Assembly: GCA_963701295.1 (NCBI GenBank) | Contig: OY969585.1 | Location: 1,856,001 to 1,920,000 of the forward strand | From: Ignavibacteriota bacterium | GTDB lineage: Bacteria; Bacteroidota; Ignavibacteria; UBA10030 | Reading direction: 5' to 3' | Length of the DNA: 64,000 bases | The notes under the pieces: generated by a model | Database searches by the model: none | Seen by the model: the letters and a program-made list of their open reading frames with translations, nothing else | What the model was told of the DNA's origin: nothing | In this document: piece by piece, positions 9,192-19,700 of the stretch | Numbering within the stretch: the stretch's first letter is position 1 | How the letters are laid out: every line of letters starts with the position of its first letter | Translations under genes and position numbers: made by a program

Positions 9192-11792
9192 ATGATTGAT
9201 ATGCGGCATATCAAGAATTCTCATGCTTGTCGAATAACATTAGCAATAGTGATGACAATCTGTGGACTGCTTCCGGCTTTTGCTCTCGATCCGCAAAAAA
9301 CGATTAATCAGTATGGCCACAATGTCTGGTTTAGACAAAACGGCCTACCGGCGAATGCTATCTATGTTGGCTTAGAGGGGCGAGACGGTTATCTCTGGCT
9401 TGGTACCTCGGCGGGTCTCTTCCGCTTCGATGGAGTCAATTTTACTCCGGTGAATACAAACCCAAAGGATAGTAAAGTAATTGAAACTATTTCAACATTA
9501 TGTTTGTCTAGAGACAGCAGTCTTTGGGTCGGCACGACTTTCAGCAATCTTCGACGCATCAAGAATGAGAAAATTTTTCGTTACAGTGGAAATGATGGAC
9601 TCATTTCGAGAGAAATTCAAGCATTATTGGAAAGCCGGACAGGACACATCTGGGTTGGTACATCTTATGGCCTCTTTATATATACCGGAGGGAAATTCAA
9701 ATCTATACCAATTAATCCGGGTTACATCACCAGTCTTGCAGAAGACTCGCTTGGCAGAATTTGGGTTGGAACACATGAAGGAGTACGTATCTTCGATGAT
9801 GTTCAATTAAAGCAGGTCGATAGCATGACAATCGCAAATGGATTGCCTCACGATATGATTACCACTCTCTTTACCGATCGTAATGCAAATGTTTGGATTG
9901 GAACAGTTGATGGGCTGGTTCGTTGGAAGAATGGTGCTTTGAAGACCTACAAATGGACGGATGGTTTATTCAATAATCACATTACCGCTATTTGTGAAGA
10001 CAGAGATAACAATCTGTGGTTTGGAACGTACAAGGGAATCAATCGTTTGTCTAAGGGAAAATGGTCGAGTATGACTTTTTCAGAGGGCCTCACAAACAAC
10101 CACGTTCTTAACATCTTTGAGGATTATGAAGGCAGTATCTGGGTGTGCACATTAGAGGGACTCAACCAGTACATGGATGTTAATATCACTTCCTTTACAG
10201 TCAAAGAAGGTCTCGCGAGCGATTATGTTTCCGGCGTTGTTGAGACACCTGACAGTAGTCTTTATATTCTCAGCAATGCAGATGGATGTATGACACGCTT
10301 TAAGGATGGTCGTACTACCACATATACCATAAATGTAGGGCCGGCATATGTAGCGCGTGATGGCAGTCTGTGGGTTGGCCAGACTGGCTTGCTTTTCAAC
10401 ATCAAGAATAATCAAATCAAACGTTATAATACCCAAACAGGCTTACTTAATAAATGGATATCTGCTATCACGGAAGATGACGTAAGTCTTATTCTTTTTG
10501 TCGATGGTATAGGTCTTCGAAGATTTATTAACGGACAGTTGGTGCCTTATCTCCTCAAGGACGGGAAACCATATACTTCTTTGGAATATGTTTCATGCTT
10601 ATATTCTCAATCTACTGGTCCCTTATGGATTGGTTCTACAAACGGTCTTGTGAAGATACAGAATGGATCTACTACGACTTTTAGGCAAACAGATGGGTTG
10701 GCCGGTAATTGGGTCACTTCAATTCTCGATGATCAGCAGGGAAGTTTGTGGATCTGTTCTCCAAGTGATGGACTTACACGTTATAAAGATGGTAAACTTA
10801 CACCCTTTACTATCAATGATGGTTTGTTCACGAACGAATTTTATTGCGTGCTGTGTGATGATCAAGGTGGTCTCTGGTTGAGCAGTCCAAGGGGAATTGT
10901 GTCTCTTATGCGCAAAAATATTGATGACTATCAAGCAGGAAGAGTCAAAACGTTGCAATCACAAGTTTATGGAACTGCCGATGGCATGAAGACAGATGAA
11001 TGTTTCGGTGGATGGCAGCCTGCCGGATGGAAGGCGCATAATGGGTGTCTTTGGTTTGCTACAAAAAAAGGTGCTGTCATGATTGATCCGAAAACCTTCA
11101 AATGGAACAAACTTCCACCGATAGTGCTGATTGATCGAATTCTTGTAGATCAAGAAATATTTCCGGCGGAACAATTTATCAGTTTTCCTCCTCAAACAGG
11201 AAAACTAGAATTTCATTACACAGCATTGAGTTTCCTTGCACCTGAGAGAGTGCTCTTTAAGTATAAAGTAGAGGGGTATGACCATGACTGGGTGGACGCT
11301 GGCACGCGGCGAGTGGCATACTATACAAACCTTCCTTCTGGTGAATATCGCTTTCGTGTGATGGCTTGTAACAATGATGGCGTGTGGAACGAAATAGGAG
11401 CAAGCATTGTATTCAGGCTCCGGCCACATTTCTATGAGGCATATTGGTTCTATGGCATAGTGTTGGTTGTTCTCGGAGGAGCAATATTCGGTGCATACCG
11501 ATTGCGGGTGTGGCAGCTCTTAATAAGAGAGAAAGAACTCCAGAAGGGCATCCAAGAAGCATTGGCCAATGTTAAAACATTGAGCGGCCTGCTTCCAATT
11601 TGCGCCAACTGCAAGAAAATCCGCAATGATAAAGGATATTGGGATCAGATAGAAGGGTATATCCAAAAACACTCGGAAGCACAATTTACGCATGGCATTT
11701 GCCCGGAGTGTACAGAGAAATTGTATGGCGACATCTTTTTGAAAAAAAATAAGCATGGGAGTACTTCAGTACGTTCATCTTCGCAAGGTTAG
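9192..11792 (+). CDS. Membrane sensor: Reg_prop beta-propeller repeats + Y_Y_Y domain + TM + C-terminal CxxC..HGICxxC module; no kinase domain
   Basis: Repeated (I/L)W(V/I)GTxxGL units, AYYTNLPSGEYRFRV, TM WFYGIVLVVLGG, then LPICANCKKIRNDKGYW..FTHGICPEC. Confidence 0.85.
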   Translation: MIDMRHIKNSHACRITLAIVMTICGLLPAFALDPQKTINQYGHNVWFRQNGLPANAIYVGLEGRDGYLWLGTSAGLFRFDGVNFTPVNTNPKDSKVIETISTLCLSRDSSLWVGTTFSNLRRIKNEKIFRYSGNDGLISREIQALLESRTGHIWVGTSYGLFIYTGGKFKSIPINPGYITSLAEDSLGRIWVGTHEGVRIFDDVQLKQVDSMTIANGLPHDMITTLFTDRNANVWIGTVDGLVRWKNGALKTYKWTDGLFNNHITAICEDRDNNLWFGTYKGINRLSKGKWSSMTFSEGLTNNHVLNIFEDYEGSIWVCTLEGLNQYMDVNITSFTVKEGLASDYVSGVVETPDSSLYILSNADGCMTRFKDGRTTTYTINVGPAYVARDGSLWVGQTGLLFNIKNNQIKRYNTQTGLLNKWISAITEDDVSLILFVDGIGLRRFINGQLVPYLLKDGKPYTSLEYVSCLYSQSTGPLWIGSTNGLVKIQNGSTTTFRQTDGLAGNWVTSILDDQQGSLWICSPSDGLTRYKDGKLTPFTINDGLFTNEFYCVLCDDQGGLWLSSPRGIVSLMRKNIDDYQAGRVKTLQSQVYGTADGMKTDECFGGWQPAGWKAHNGCLWFATKKGAVMIDPKTFKWNKLPPIVLIDRILVDQEIFPAEQFISFPPQTGKLEFHYTALSFLAPERVLFKYKVEGYDHDWVDAGTRRVAYYTNLPSGEYRFRVMACNNDGVWNEIGASIVFRLRPHFYEAYWFYGIVLVVLGGAIFGAYRLRVWQLLIREKELQKGIQEALANVKTLSGLLPICANCKKIRNDKGYWDQIEGYIQKHSEAQFTHGICPECTEKLYGDIFLKKNKHGSTSVRSSSQG

Positions 11793-12043
11793 ACGAAGAA
11801 ATAAACCCTTGACTCTTATATCGGTACTAAACACTCTGGAGCATTGTTCAAAAGAAGATTCAATTTTTGTACTTAGAAGAGTAATTCTAAAAAAAAAGAA
11901 ATAACAATAGACTCATCAGTTTTTACTCTCGATTTGGGAAGAATCTCAGTTACATATTCATATTGATGGGGATTTGTTTATTTTTTTCTATTGAAAGATA
12001 ATCCAAAACAACACACTTCATAAAATCGAAAAGGAAATAATAT

Positions 12044-13720
12044 ATGGAAGCTATTGGACTTTCACATATTGATTGGGTGATTATCATCATCTATTTCGGC
12101 TTTGTCCTTGGCATTGGTTTGTATCTTCGCAGATATACGAAAAGTCAGGAAGATTTTTTTCTCGCTGGAAGGAAGAACTCTACATGGGTTGCGGGGCTTG
12201 CTTTTCTTTCAGCAAATCTTGGTGCACTCGAGTTGCTCGGCATGACAGGCAATACGTTCAAATACGGAATGTACGTCGCACATTTCTATTGGATCGGTGC
12301 AATTCCGGCAATGCTCTTTCTTGGCATCTATATGATGCCATTTTATTATAGCAGTAAAATCAATTCTATCCCGGGCTATCTTAAACTCCGTTTTGATGAA
12401 AAGACACGAGTGCTCAATGGTATTTCTTTTGCAATTATGACACTTCTTGTATCTGGAATTAATCTCTATGCTATGGCACTTGTGCTTCATACATTTCTCG
12501 GCTGGAACTGGGATTACAGCATGTGGGCTTCGGCAATTACCGTTGCAGGATATGTCACGTTGAGCGGCTTACTGTCCGCAATTTTTACTGAAATTGTGCA
12601 GTTTTTCCTCATCTGGTTTGGATTATTTCTCGTTTCGATTCTTGGAATAATAGAAATAGGAAGTGTCAGTGAAATTATAGCTCGAATTAATGCCCATTTC
12701 GCACAGGTTTCCTTCACCACCTTATGGTCATCTTCATCAGATCCGATGCAGAATGGAATGTTAGTTCACTGGGGCGGTATTGTGCTCGGTCTGGGATTCG
12801 TTTTATCTTTTGGATATTGGACAACAGACTTTCTCGTAGTTCAACGTGCATTCTCGGCAAAGGATTTACGCTCGGCGCGTATGACACCGATTCTTGCATC
12901 ATTCTTTAAAATGGCTTTACCTTTTATTGTGATCCTTGCAGGATTGATAGCAATTGCTCTTTCACTTGATCCGAAAAGTGGATTCAAATTATTACATGAT
13001 GGAGGGCAGGTGAATTATGATTCCGCATTGCCTCTCTTAATAGCCCGGTATTATCCGCCCGGTTTAGTTGGCTTAGGAGTGACAGCATTGCTCGCCGGAT
13101 TTATGGCGGGACAAGCAGGGAACATCAGTGCATTCAATACGGTATGGACATACGACATCTATAAATCTGTCTTGAACAAAAAAGCATCCGATGCGAATCT
13201 TCTCTGGATGGGACGCGCATCGACCATTGTTGGTGTCATCCTTTCCTTAGTAACGGCCTATTGGGCAAAAGGTTTTCCCAGTATCATGGATTATATGCAG
13301 GCAATTTTTTCGTGGGTCAATGCCCCGCTCTTTGCAACCATGCTGCTCGGTATGTTCATCTGGTGGATTACACCGAATGGTGCTTTCTGGGGCCTCGTCG
13401 TAGGGATGCTTTCGTCAATCCTCATGTATTTAGCTGTCAAGTTTCACTGGTTTGCACAAAGTATCATCACGATGTCGAGTGTTCAGAGCGATATGGCAGC
13501 AAACTTCTGGCGGGCATGGTGGGCGTGGTTGATTTGTGCTATCGTAACTGTTGCGGTAAGCTTGTGGACAAAAAAGAAACCGAAAGAAGAACTTGTCGGT
13601 TTGGTCAAAGGATTGACCGAGGAGAAGCACGATCAGGATATCCCGTTTATAAAGAAACCGGAATTTTATGCAATTATATCATTGATCGTCTTAATACTGC
13701 TCAACATTTGGTTCTGGTAA
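12044..13720 (+). CDS. Sodium:solute symporter (SSS family), probably a sugar (galactose?) transporter
   Basis: DFFLAGR, SANLGA, YWTTDFLVVQRA, FNTVWTYDIY; upstream of galK/galT. Confidence 0.88.
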   Translation: MEAIGLSHIDWVIIIIYFGFVLGIGLYLRRYTKSQEDFFLAGRKNSTWVAGLAFLSANLGALELLGMTGNTFKYGMYVAHFYWIGAIPAMLFLGIYMMPFYYSSKINSIPGYLKLRFDEKTRVLNGISFAIMTLLVSGINLYAMALVLHTFLGWNWDYSMWASAITVAGYVTLSGLLSAIFTEIVQFFLIWFGLFLVSILGIIEIGSVSEIIARINAHFAQVSFTTLWSSSSDPMQNGMLVHWGGIVLGLGFVLSFGYWTTDFLVVQRAFSAKDLRSARMTPILASFFKMALPFIVILAGLIAIALSLDPKSGFKLLHDGGQVNYDSALPLLIARYYPPGLVGLGVTALLAGFMAGQAGNISAFNTVWTYDIYKSVLNKKASDANLLWMGRASTIVGVILSLVTAYWAKGFPSIMDYMQAIFSWVNAPLFATMLLGMFIWWITPNGAFWGLVVGMLSSILMYLAVKFHWFAQSIITMSSVQSDMAANFWRAWWAWLICAIVTVAVSLWTKKKPKEELVGLVKGLTEEKHDQDIPFIKKPEFYAIISLIVLILLNIWFW

Positions 13721-13735
13721 TTAAGGAGAAAAAAA

Positions 13736-13951
13736 ATGTCTGAACATAAAATGAAACCTATTTGGTATTTTGTTGGATTGATATTATTGGTCATAGGGGG
13801 TCTTGTCTTTTGCAGCGGTATCTATCAATTTTTTAATCCACCTCTTGTGAAAACAGTTTTAGCTGAAATACATCCAGATATTTGGTGGGGGGGCTTTATG
13901 GTTATCTTCGGAGGAGGGATGTATTTGAAAATGAGAAAGCAAACAAGGTGA
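13736..13951 (+). CDS. Small two-TM membrane protein
   Basis: AAGGAG RBS; two hydrophobic segments (IWYFVGLILLVIGGLV; IWWGGFMVIFGG); between the symporter and galK. Confidence 0.7.
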   Translation: MSEHKMKPIWYFVGLILLVIGGLVFCSGIYQFFNPPLVKTVLAEIHPDIWWGGFMVIFGGGMYLKMRKQTR

Positions 13952-13957
13952 ATCTCT

Positions 13958-15115
13958 ATGAACCTTGTTCAATCGGTTGCAGCACTATTTTGGGAAAGAT
14001 TCAAAGTACAACCCCTCTTGTTTCGTTCACCTGGAAGAGTGAATCTTATCGGCGAGCACACGGATTACAATATGGGGTATGTTCTTCCGGCAGCTATCGA
14101 TAAAGCAATTTTTTTTGCAATTGCTCCGCGGAGTGATCGACAGTGCTCTGTGTATGCGATGGATATGAACGATGGTCATGAGTTTTCGGTAGAGAGTCTT
14201 CAATTTTCAAAAAAGGGCTGGCCGAATTATCTCATGGGAGTGGTGGATCAGTTCGTCAAAGCGAAGTATAGCATGAGAGGATTTAATTGTGTTTTTGGAG
14301 GAGACATTCCCATCGGCGCAGGGATGTCGTCTTCTGCAGCACTCGAAGCAGGATTGGCTTTTGCACTCAACACTCTATTCAATTTACAGATTGATGCTCT
14401 TTCCCTCGTGAAGCTTGCTCAAAAGGCAGAGAATGAATTTGTCGGTGTTCGATGCGGCATTATGGATCAATACGTAAACATTTTTGGTGCACAAGATAAC
14501 GTCCTTCGTATTGACTGCCGCACATTAGAATACAAATACTATCCGTTTGCTTTTAACAATATATCTCTCGTTCTCTTTGACACATGCGTCTCGCATTCGT
14601 TGGCATCATCGGAATATAATAGAAGAAGAGAAGAATGCAGCGAGGGAGTAGAAATAATAAAAAAAAGGTATCCAGGTGTGCGCTATTTGCGGGATGTATC
14701 TGTTGATATGATACAAAAATGCAAGGACAAGATGGACCCAACGATCTATCGAAGGTGTACATATGTCGTTGAGGAAAATGATCGTGTGCTCAGTGCGTGC
14801 ACCGAACTGGAACAAGGAAACTTGAAAGCTTTTGGTGTGTACATGAACAGAACACACACAGGATTGAGCCGCGACTATGAAGTGAGCTGCGCAGAACTTG
14901 ATTATCTCGTGGAATTGGTTAAGGACAATCCATACGTCTATGGCTCGCGGATGATGGGGGGCGGGTTTGGAGGATGTACGATTAATCTCATTGAGAAAAA
15001 TAACATTGAGCAAATAAGGCAGACTGTAACCGAAAAGTATAAGCATCAATTCAACAGTAATCTTAAAACATATATCACAACCATCGGTTCCGGGACGAAT
15101 GTTATTACGGTGTAG
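13958..15115 (+). CDS. galK: Galactokinase
   Basis: PGRVNLIGEHTDYN, PIGAGMSSSAA, CGIMDQ, GSRMMGGGFGGC. Confidence 0.96.
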   Translation: MNLVQSVAALFWERFKVQPLLFRSPGRVNLIGEHTDYNMGYVLPAAIDKAIFFAIAPRSDRQCSVYAMDMNDGHEFSVESLQFSKKGWPNYLMGVVDQFVKAKYSMRGFNCVFGGDIPIGAGMSSSAALEAGLAFALNTLFNLQIDALSLVKLAQKAENEFVGVRCGIMDQYVNIFGAQDNVLRIDCRTLEYKYYPFAFNNISLVLFDTCVSHSLASSEYNRRREECSEGVEIIKKRYPGVRYLRDVSVDMIQKCKDKMDPTIYRRCTYVVEENDRVLSACTELEQGNLKAFGVYMNRTHTGLSRDYEVSCAELDYLVELVKDNPYVYGSRMMGGGFGGCTINLIEKNNIEQIRQTVTEKYKHQFNSNLKTYITTIGSGTNVITV

Positions 15116-15119
15116 AAAA

Positions 15120-16169
15120 ATGAAGCAACCTGATTTGGCTCATATCCCTCACCGAAGAAAAAATATCCTTACGGGGGATTGGGTGTTGGTATCCCCTCAT
15201 CGAACGAATCGCCCTTGGCAGGGTGAAATATCAAAATTACCAAGTGAGCAGAGACGCTCGTATGAACCAGACTGTTACTTGTGTCCGGGAAATAAGCGGG
15301 CGAACGGAGATGTCAATCCTCCCTATACAGCCACCTTTGCTTTTACGAATGATTTCTCCGCCTTGCTTGAAGATGTGCCTTCTGCGAAGAAGAATGAAAA
15401 TAATCTACTCCAGATGAGGGTCGAAAAAGGAATTTGCAGGGTCGTCAATTTTACTCCCCGGCACGATTTGACTCTTGCAGAGATGCATGAAAGCGAAATA
15501 GAAAATGTTATTGCTGCCTGGCAAAATGAATTCCGTTCCTTAGCTTCTCATCCAAGAATTAACTATGTGCAGATATTTGAGAATAAGGGATCGCTCATGG
15601 GGAATAGCAATCCTCATCCTCATGGACAACTATGGGCGCAGGAAAGTATTCCGACGGAGCCGCTGAAAGAACTGAAGCAATTCAAATCGTATTATACAAA
15701 AAGAAAGCACGATCTCTTGACAGAATATCTCAAGCTGGAACTGCGGCTGAAAGAAAGAGTTGTGTACGAAAATGGATCGTTTGTTGTTCTCGTGCCATTT
15801 TGGGCGGTCTGGCCTTTTGAAACTATCATCATTTCCAAAAGAAGGATTTCTAACATCCTCGAGTTAAGAATAATAGAAAAAAAAGATTTTGCCAACGCAT
15901 TGAGTATCCTTACGATTAAATACGATAATCTTTTTAAAACCTCATTCCCCTATTCGGCTGGATTGCATCAGGCACCGACTGACGGGAAAAAACATACAGA
16001 GTGGCATGTTCACATGCATTTCTATCCGCCGCTCCTGCGGTCTGCAACGATAAAAAAATTTATGGTTGGATATGAAATGTTGGCCGAACCTCAAAGAGAC
16101 ATTACTCCCGAGTACAGCGCCAAAGTATTAAAAGAGTTGCCGGTTGTTCATTACAAAGATACCCAGTAA
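15120..16169 (+). CDS. galT: Galactose-1-phosphate uridylyltransferase
   Basis: VSPHR.NRPWQG, CYLCPGN, FENKG..MGNSNPHPHGQ, KFMVGYE; ATG at 15120. Confidence 0.96.
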   Translation: MKQPDLAHIPHRRKNILTGDWVLVSPHRTNRPWQGEISKLPSEQRRSYEPDCYLCPGNKRANGDVNPPYTATFAFTNDFSALLEDVPSAKKNENNLLQMRVEKGICRVVNFTPRHDLTLAEMHESEIENVIAAWQNEFRSLASHPRINYVQIFENKGSLMGNSNPHPHGQLWAQESIPTEPLKELKQFKSYYTKRKHDLLTEYLKLELRLKERVVYENGSFVVLVPFWAVWPFETIIISKRRISNILELRIIEKKDFANALSILTIKYDNLFKTSFPYSAGLHQAPTDGKKHTEWHVHMHFYPPLLRSATIKKFMVGYEMLAEPQRDITPEYSAKVLKELPVVHYKDTQ

Positions 16170-16332
16170 GAGTCCGAGAGAACGGTTCCAAACTCAGAAG
16201 CGAGTTTTGTACTCCTTTCGAGGATTTAGGTAACAGCGAATAATCCTCATCCCGAGTTTGTTGTGTTGCTAGAACTTTTTTACCCGCTATTATTTTGGCG
16301 GGCAGGTAATTCCTGCGCCACTGACAAATATT

Positions 16333-16449
16333 CCGCGAATATCCCCTCAAAGGAAGGTTTAAGAGCAAGGCATCAAAAAGCCGACAAAGTTCAATTCACT
16401 CATTATCACCAATAATCTGGAAAAACCTGTGTCGCGAAGCCGAGGAAGA
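16333..16449 (+). repeat. Degenerate direct repeat, copy 1 (partner at 31743-31860)
   Basis: 15-bp CTCAAAGGAAGGTTT (16346-16360) identical to 31756-31770, with colinear blocks CCGACAAA, ATAATC and AGGAAGA. Confidence 0.6.
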
Positions 16450-16481
16450 GGTTGAAGAACAAAAGCAAATGAACACACTTC

Positions 16482-16510
16482 TTGCCTTTTATTGAAAGCG
16501 TCGCTACCTT
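16482..16510 (+). promoter_or_regulatory. Candidate sigma70-type promoter for the first hybrid kinase
   Basis: TTGCCT-N17-TACCTT. Confidence 0.35.
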
Positions 16511-16796
16511 CTCATTAATAAAAAGTTGTCAATCTCTTTCACCGCAAAAGGGATTGGGCATGAGAGTATGCAGACAAGTGTAATACGCCTTCATCAGACA
16601 TCAAATCCCGTTTTATGCCAAATCATTCCTGAAAATTTTCTACGGCGCCCTCCAAAGAGCCGGCGCCTGTGTATAATAGTAACGCATGCTGTGTTATTCG
16701 TACCGCGCGGAGGCTCACATGGTTCATAGCATACGCTTGGTGTGTCTATTCAGCCGAAGGTAACGGTGCAGGTTACGATAGAGAAGGAGCATTAAA

Positions 16797-19700
16797 ATGG
16801 CGCAACGTAAGAAAACATCAATAAAGCCAAAAGCCTCTTCACCAAAAAAATTGCATCCGCAGTACATTCTTCTCGTTGAAGATGAACCGGCTCATGCCGC
16901 AGCCATTCGCCATGCTATTCGATCCGCCAACCCGAATGTCGTGGTGAAGGTTGCGGGTTCATTGCAAGAGTATCGCAGCGCGACAGCGACCTCATTGCCC
17001 GATATAGTTTTGATCGATATAAATCTCCCGGATGGAAAAGCTTTCGATGTACTGACACCGCCCCCGGAAGCCGGATCATTCCCGATTGTTGTGATGACCA
17101 GTTATAGCGATGAAAAAAAAGCTGTCAAGGCGATAAAAGAAGGGGCGCTCGATTATGTCGTGAAGTCTCCCGATGCTTTTAAAGAAATACCCCGCACCTT
17201 AGAGCGTGCTCTGCGTGAGTGGAAGCTGATTCAGGAGAGCAAAAGGGCAGAAGAATTACTACGGGAATCAGAGAAAAAGTACAAGGCAGTTATCGAAGGT
17301 GCTGCAGAGGGTATTTTGATAGCTGATCTGGAAACCAAAAAATTCAAATATGCAAATCCTTTGATTTGTTCGATGCTCGGTTACAGCCCTAACGAGCTTG
17401 TCGGATTATCCGTAAATGACATTCACCCGCCAGAGCATCTGCCGGAAGTAATTGCTGGATTCGAATCCATTGCTCGCGGTGAAATTACGCTTTCGTACCG
17501 CATCCCCTGTTTGCGTAAGGATGGGACTATTCTCTTTGCAGAAATAAACACAACAAGAATCATATTTGAAGGTACACTGTGCAATGTAGGCTTTTTTACA
17601 GACATCACCGAACGTATGCGGGTGGAAGAAGAGCTCAAAGAGAGCGAAAGGCGATTCCACACGCTGATTGAAAATAGTGACGATGTTTTCTCGTTAGTTG
17701 ATCCAAAAGGACAAATTTTGTACAGAAGCCCCTCAGCTAGTCGGATTCTAGGCATTCCTGATGAGGAAATAGTTAACACCAATATGTTGGAGCGGATTTG
17801 GCCTAGCGACCTTAAAGACGTGAAGCATACCTTTGATCAAATGCTTCAAGCTCCAAGAAAGCCCATTGCCTTTCAAACTCGCGTGAAGAATAAGGATGGT
17901 TTGCCACTTTGGATAGAGGGTGTTGGTACCAATTTAATCACTGATCCTGTCGTCCACGCTGTTGTAATCAATTATCGTAACATCACCGAGCGCAAGCGGA
18001 TGGAAGAAGAAATCAAATTTGAGAAGGAAGAATTACAAATACTCAACAATATCATTCTTAAAATTATTGAAGTGACAGATCTTAAAAGTCGTCTTGAGTA
18101 CATAATGGACGAATCATTAAAAGTTGTTGATCTGGAAGGAGGAACAATATGCCTGCTTAATCGGGACGATACTTTCAATCTTGCAGTTCATCGCGAAACC
18201 TCTGAAGAGACTATAAATGACTTATCGTTACATAATATTAAAATAGGCGAATGTCTCTGCGGCAATTGTGCAAAGGAATGCAAGCCACTGATACTTAACA
18301 CTCGTGAAGAAGTTCTTAATTTTGCAACACGCGAGGTTTTACGCGGCGAAGATATCCGCTTCCATGCTGCATTTCCATTTGTCATTCAGGGAGAATGCGT
18401 CGGCGTACTTTGCGTCTTCACCAGAACTGATAAAAAACCAACCAGTCATTCGTTGAATCTGTTAAAAACTATCGTTGCACAAACCGCAGTATCAATTGAA
18501 AATGCAGATTTGTTTGATGACGTACGTGAGAGTGAGGTACGTTATCGTGCCCTGGTTGAGTCCTCCCCCGACGCAATCACGCAATCTGACCTAAGCGGTA
18601 AGATTCTCATGTGTAACTTGCAAACCGCATTACTGCTTGGGTACGAACGTCTGGAAGACCTGATCGGCACAAGTGTATTCGATCTGTTTCCGCTGGAGGA
18701 ACTGGAACGTGCCAGAGTAAACTTGCAGAAAACCTTAAAAGAAGGTGTCATCAGAAATACTGAATATCGTTTGCTCAAAAAGGATGGTTCTCAATTTCAA
18801 GTGGAACTTAGCGCGACGGTAATCCCAGATGCGGAGGGCAAACCCGCTTCGTTTATGGCTATGACACGTGACATCACCGAGCGTAGGCGAGCGGAGGAGG
18901 CATTGCGGGATAGCGAGAAGCGGCTCTCTGAACTCAATATATTACAGGGAATCTTACTGCAACCGAATCCCATCGAACAAAAGCTCAAGCTCATTACTGA
19001 GAATATAGTGCGTGTCATAGGTGCTGACTTTGCCAGAATCTGGATGATAAAACCCGGTGACCGCTGCGAAGCTGGCTGTATTCACGCTCAAGTAGTGGAT
19101 GGGCCGCACGCCTGTCGGTTCCGGGATCGGTGCTTGCATCTGATGAGCAGTTCTGGCCGCTATACCCACATCGATGGCCGGGATCACGGTCGGGTGCCGT
19201 TCGGTTGTTACAAGATTGGAAAGATCGCTGCCGGAGAGGGAACCAGATTCCTTACAAACGAAGTAACGACTGACCCGCGTGTCCACAATCATACATGGGC
19301 CAAAGAAATGGGTTTAGTCTCCTTCGCTGACTATCGTCTGGTCGATATTGATGGCACCCCGATCGGCGTGTTGGCGCTCTTCAGTAAGCAAGCGATCTCG
19401 GTGAAGGAAGACTTGTTCTTGCAGGGGATTGCGAATGTGACCTCTCATGTATTGCAAGCAGCGCGGACGGAAGAAGCGCTGCGTAACAGTGAGGAAAAAT
19501 TCAGAAAAGCATTCATGACAAGTCCGGATGCTGTCACCATCAATCGATTGAAAGACGGCGTGTATGTTTCTATTAATCAGGGTTTCACTCGCATTATGGA
19601 ATATACCGAAGAAGATATTCTTAAAAAAACTTCCATCGAAACAAATATTTGGGTTGATCCCAGTGACAGGAATAAACTGGTGGAAGGTTTGAAGAAGGAT

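Noticed and set aside
16170-16320. Small hairpins after galT (AAACTC/GAGTTT, GAGGATT/AATCCTC, CCCGC/GCGGG)
   Set aside because: Short or imperfect stems with no second copy in the window; cannot be assigned
16526-16729. 67-aa ORF in the kinase leader
   Set aside because: TTG start, no RBS and no motif; the region is better explained as a non-coding leader
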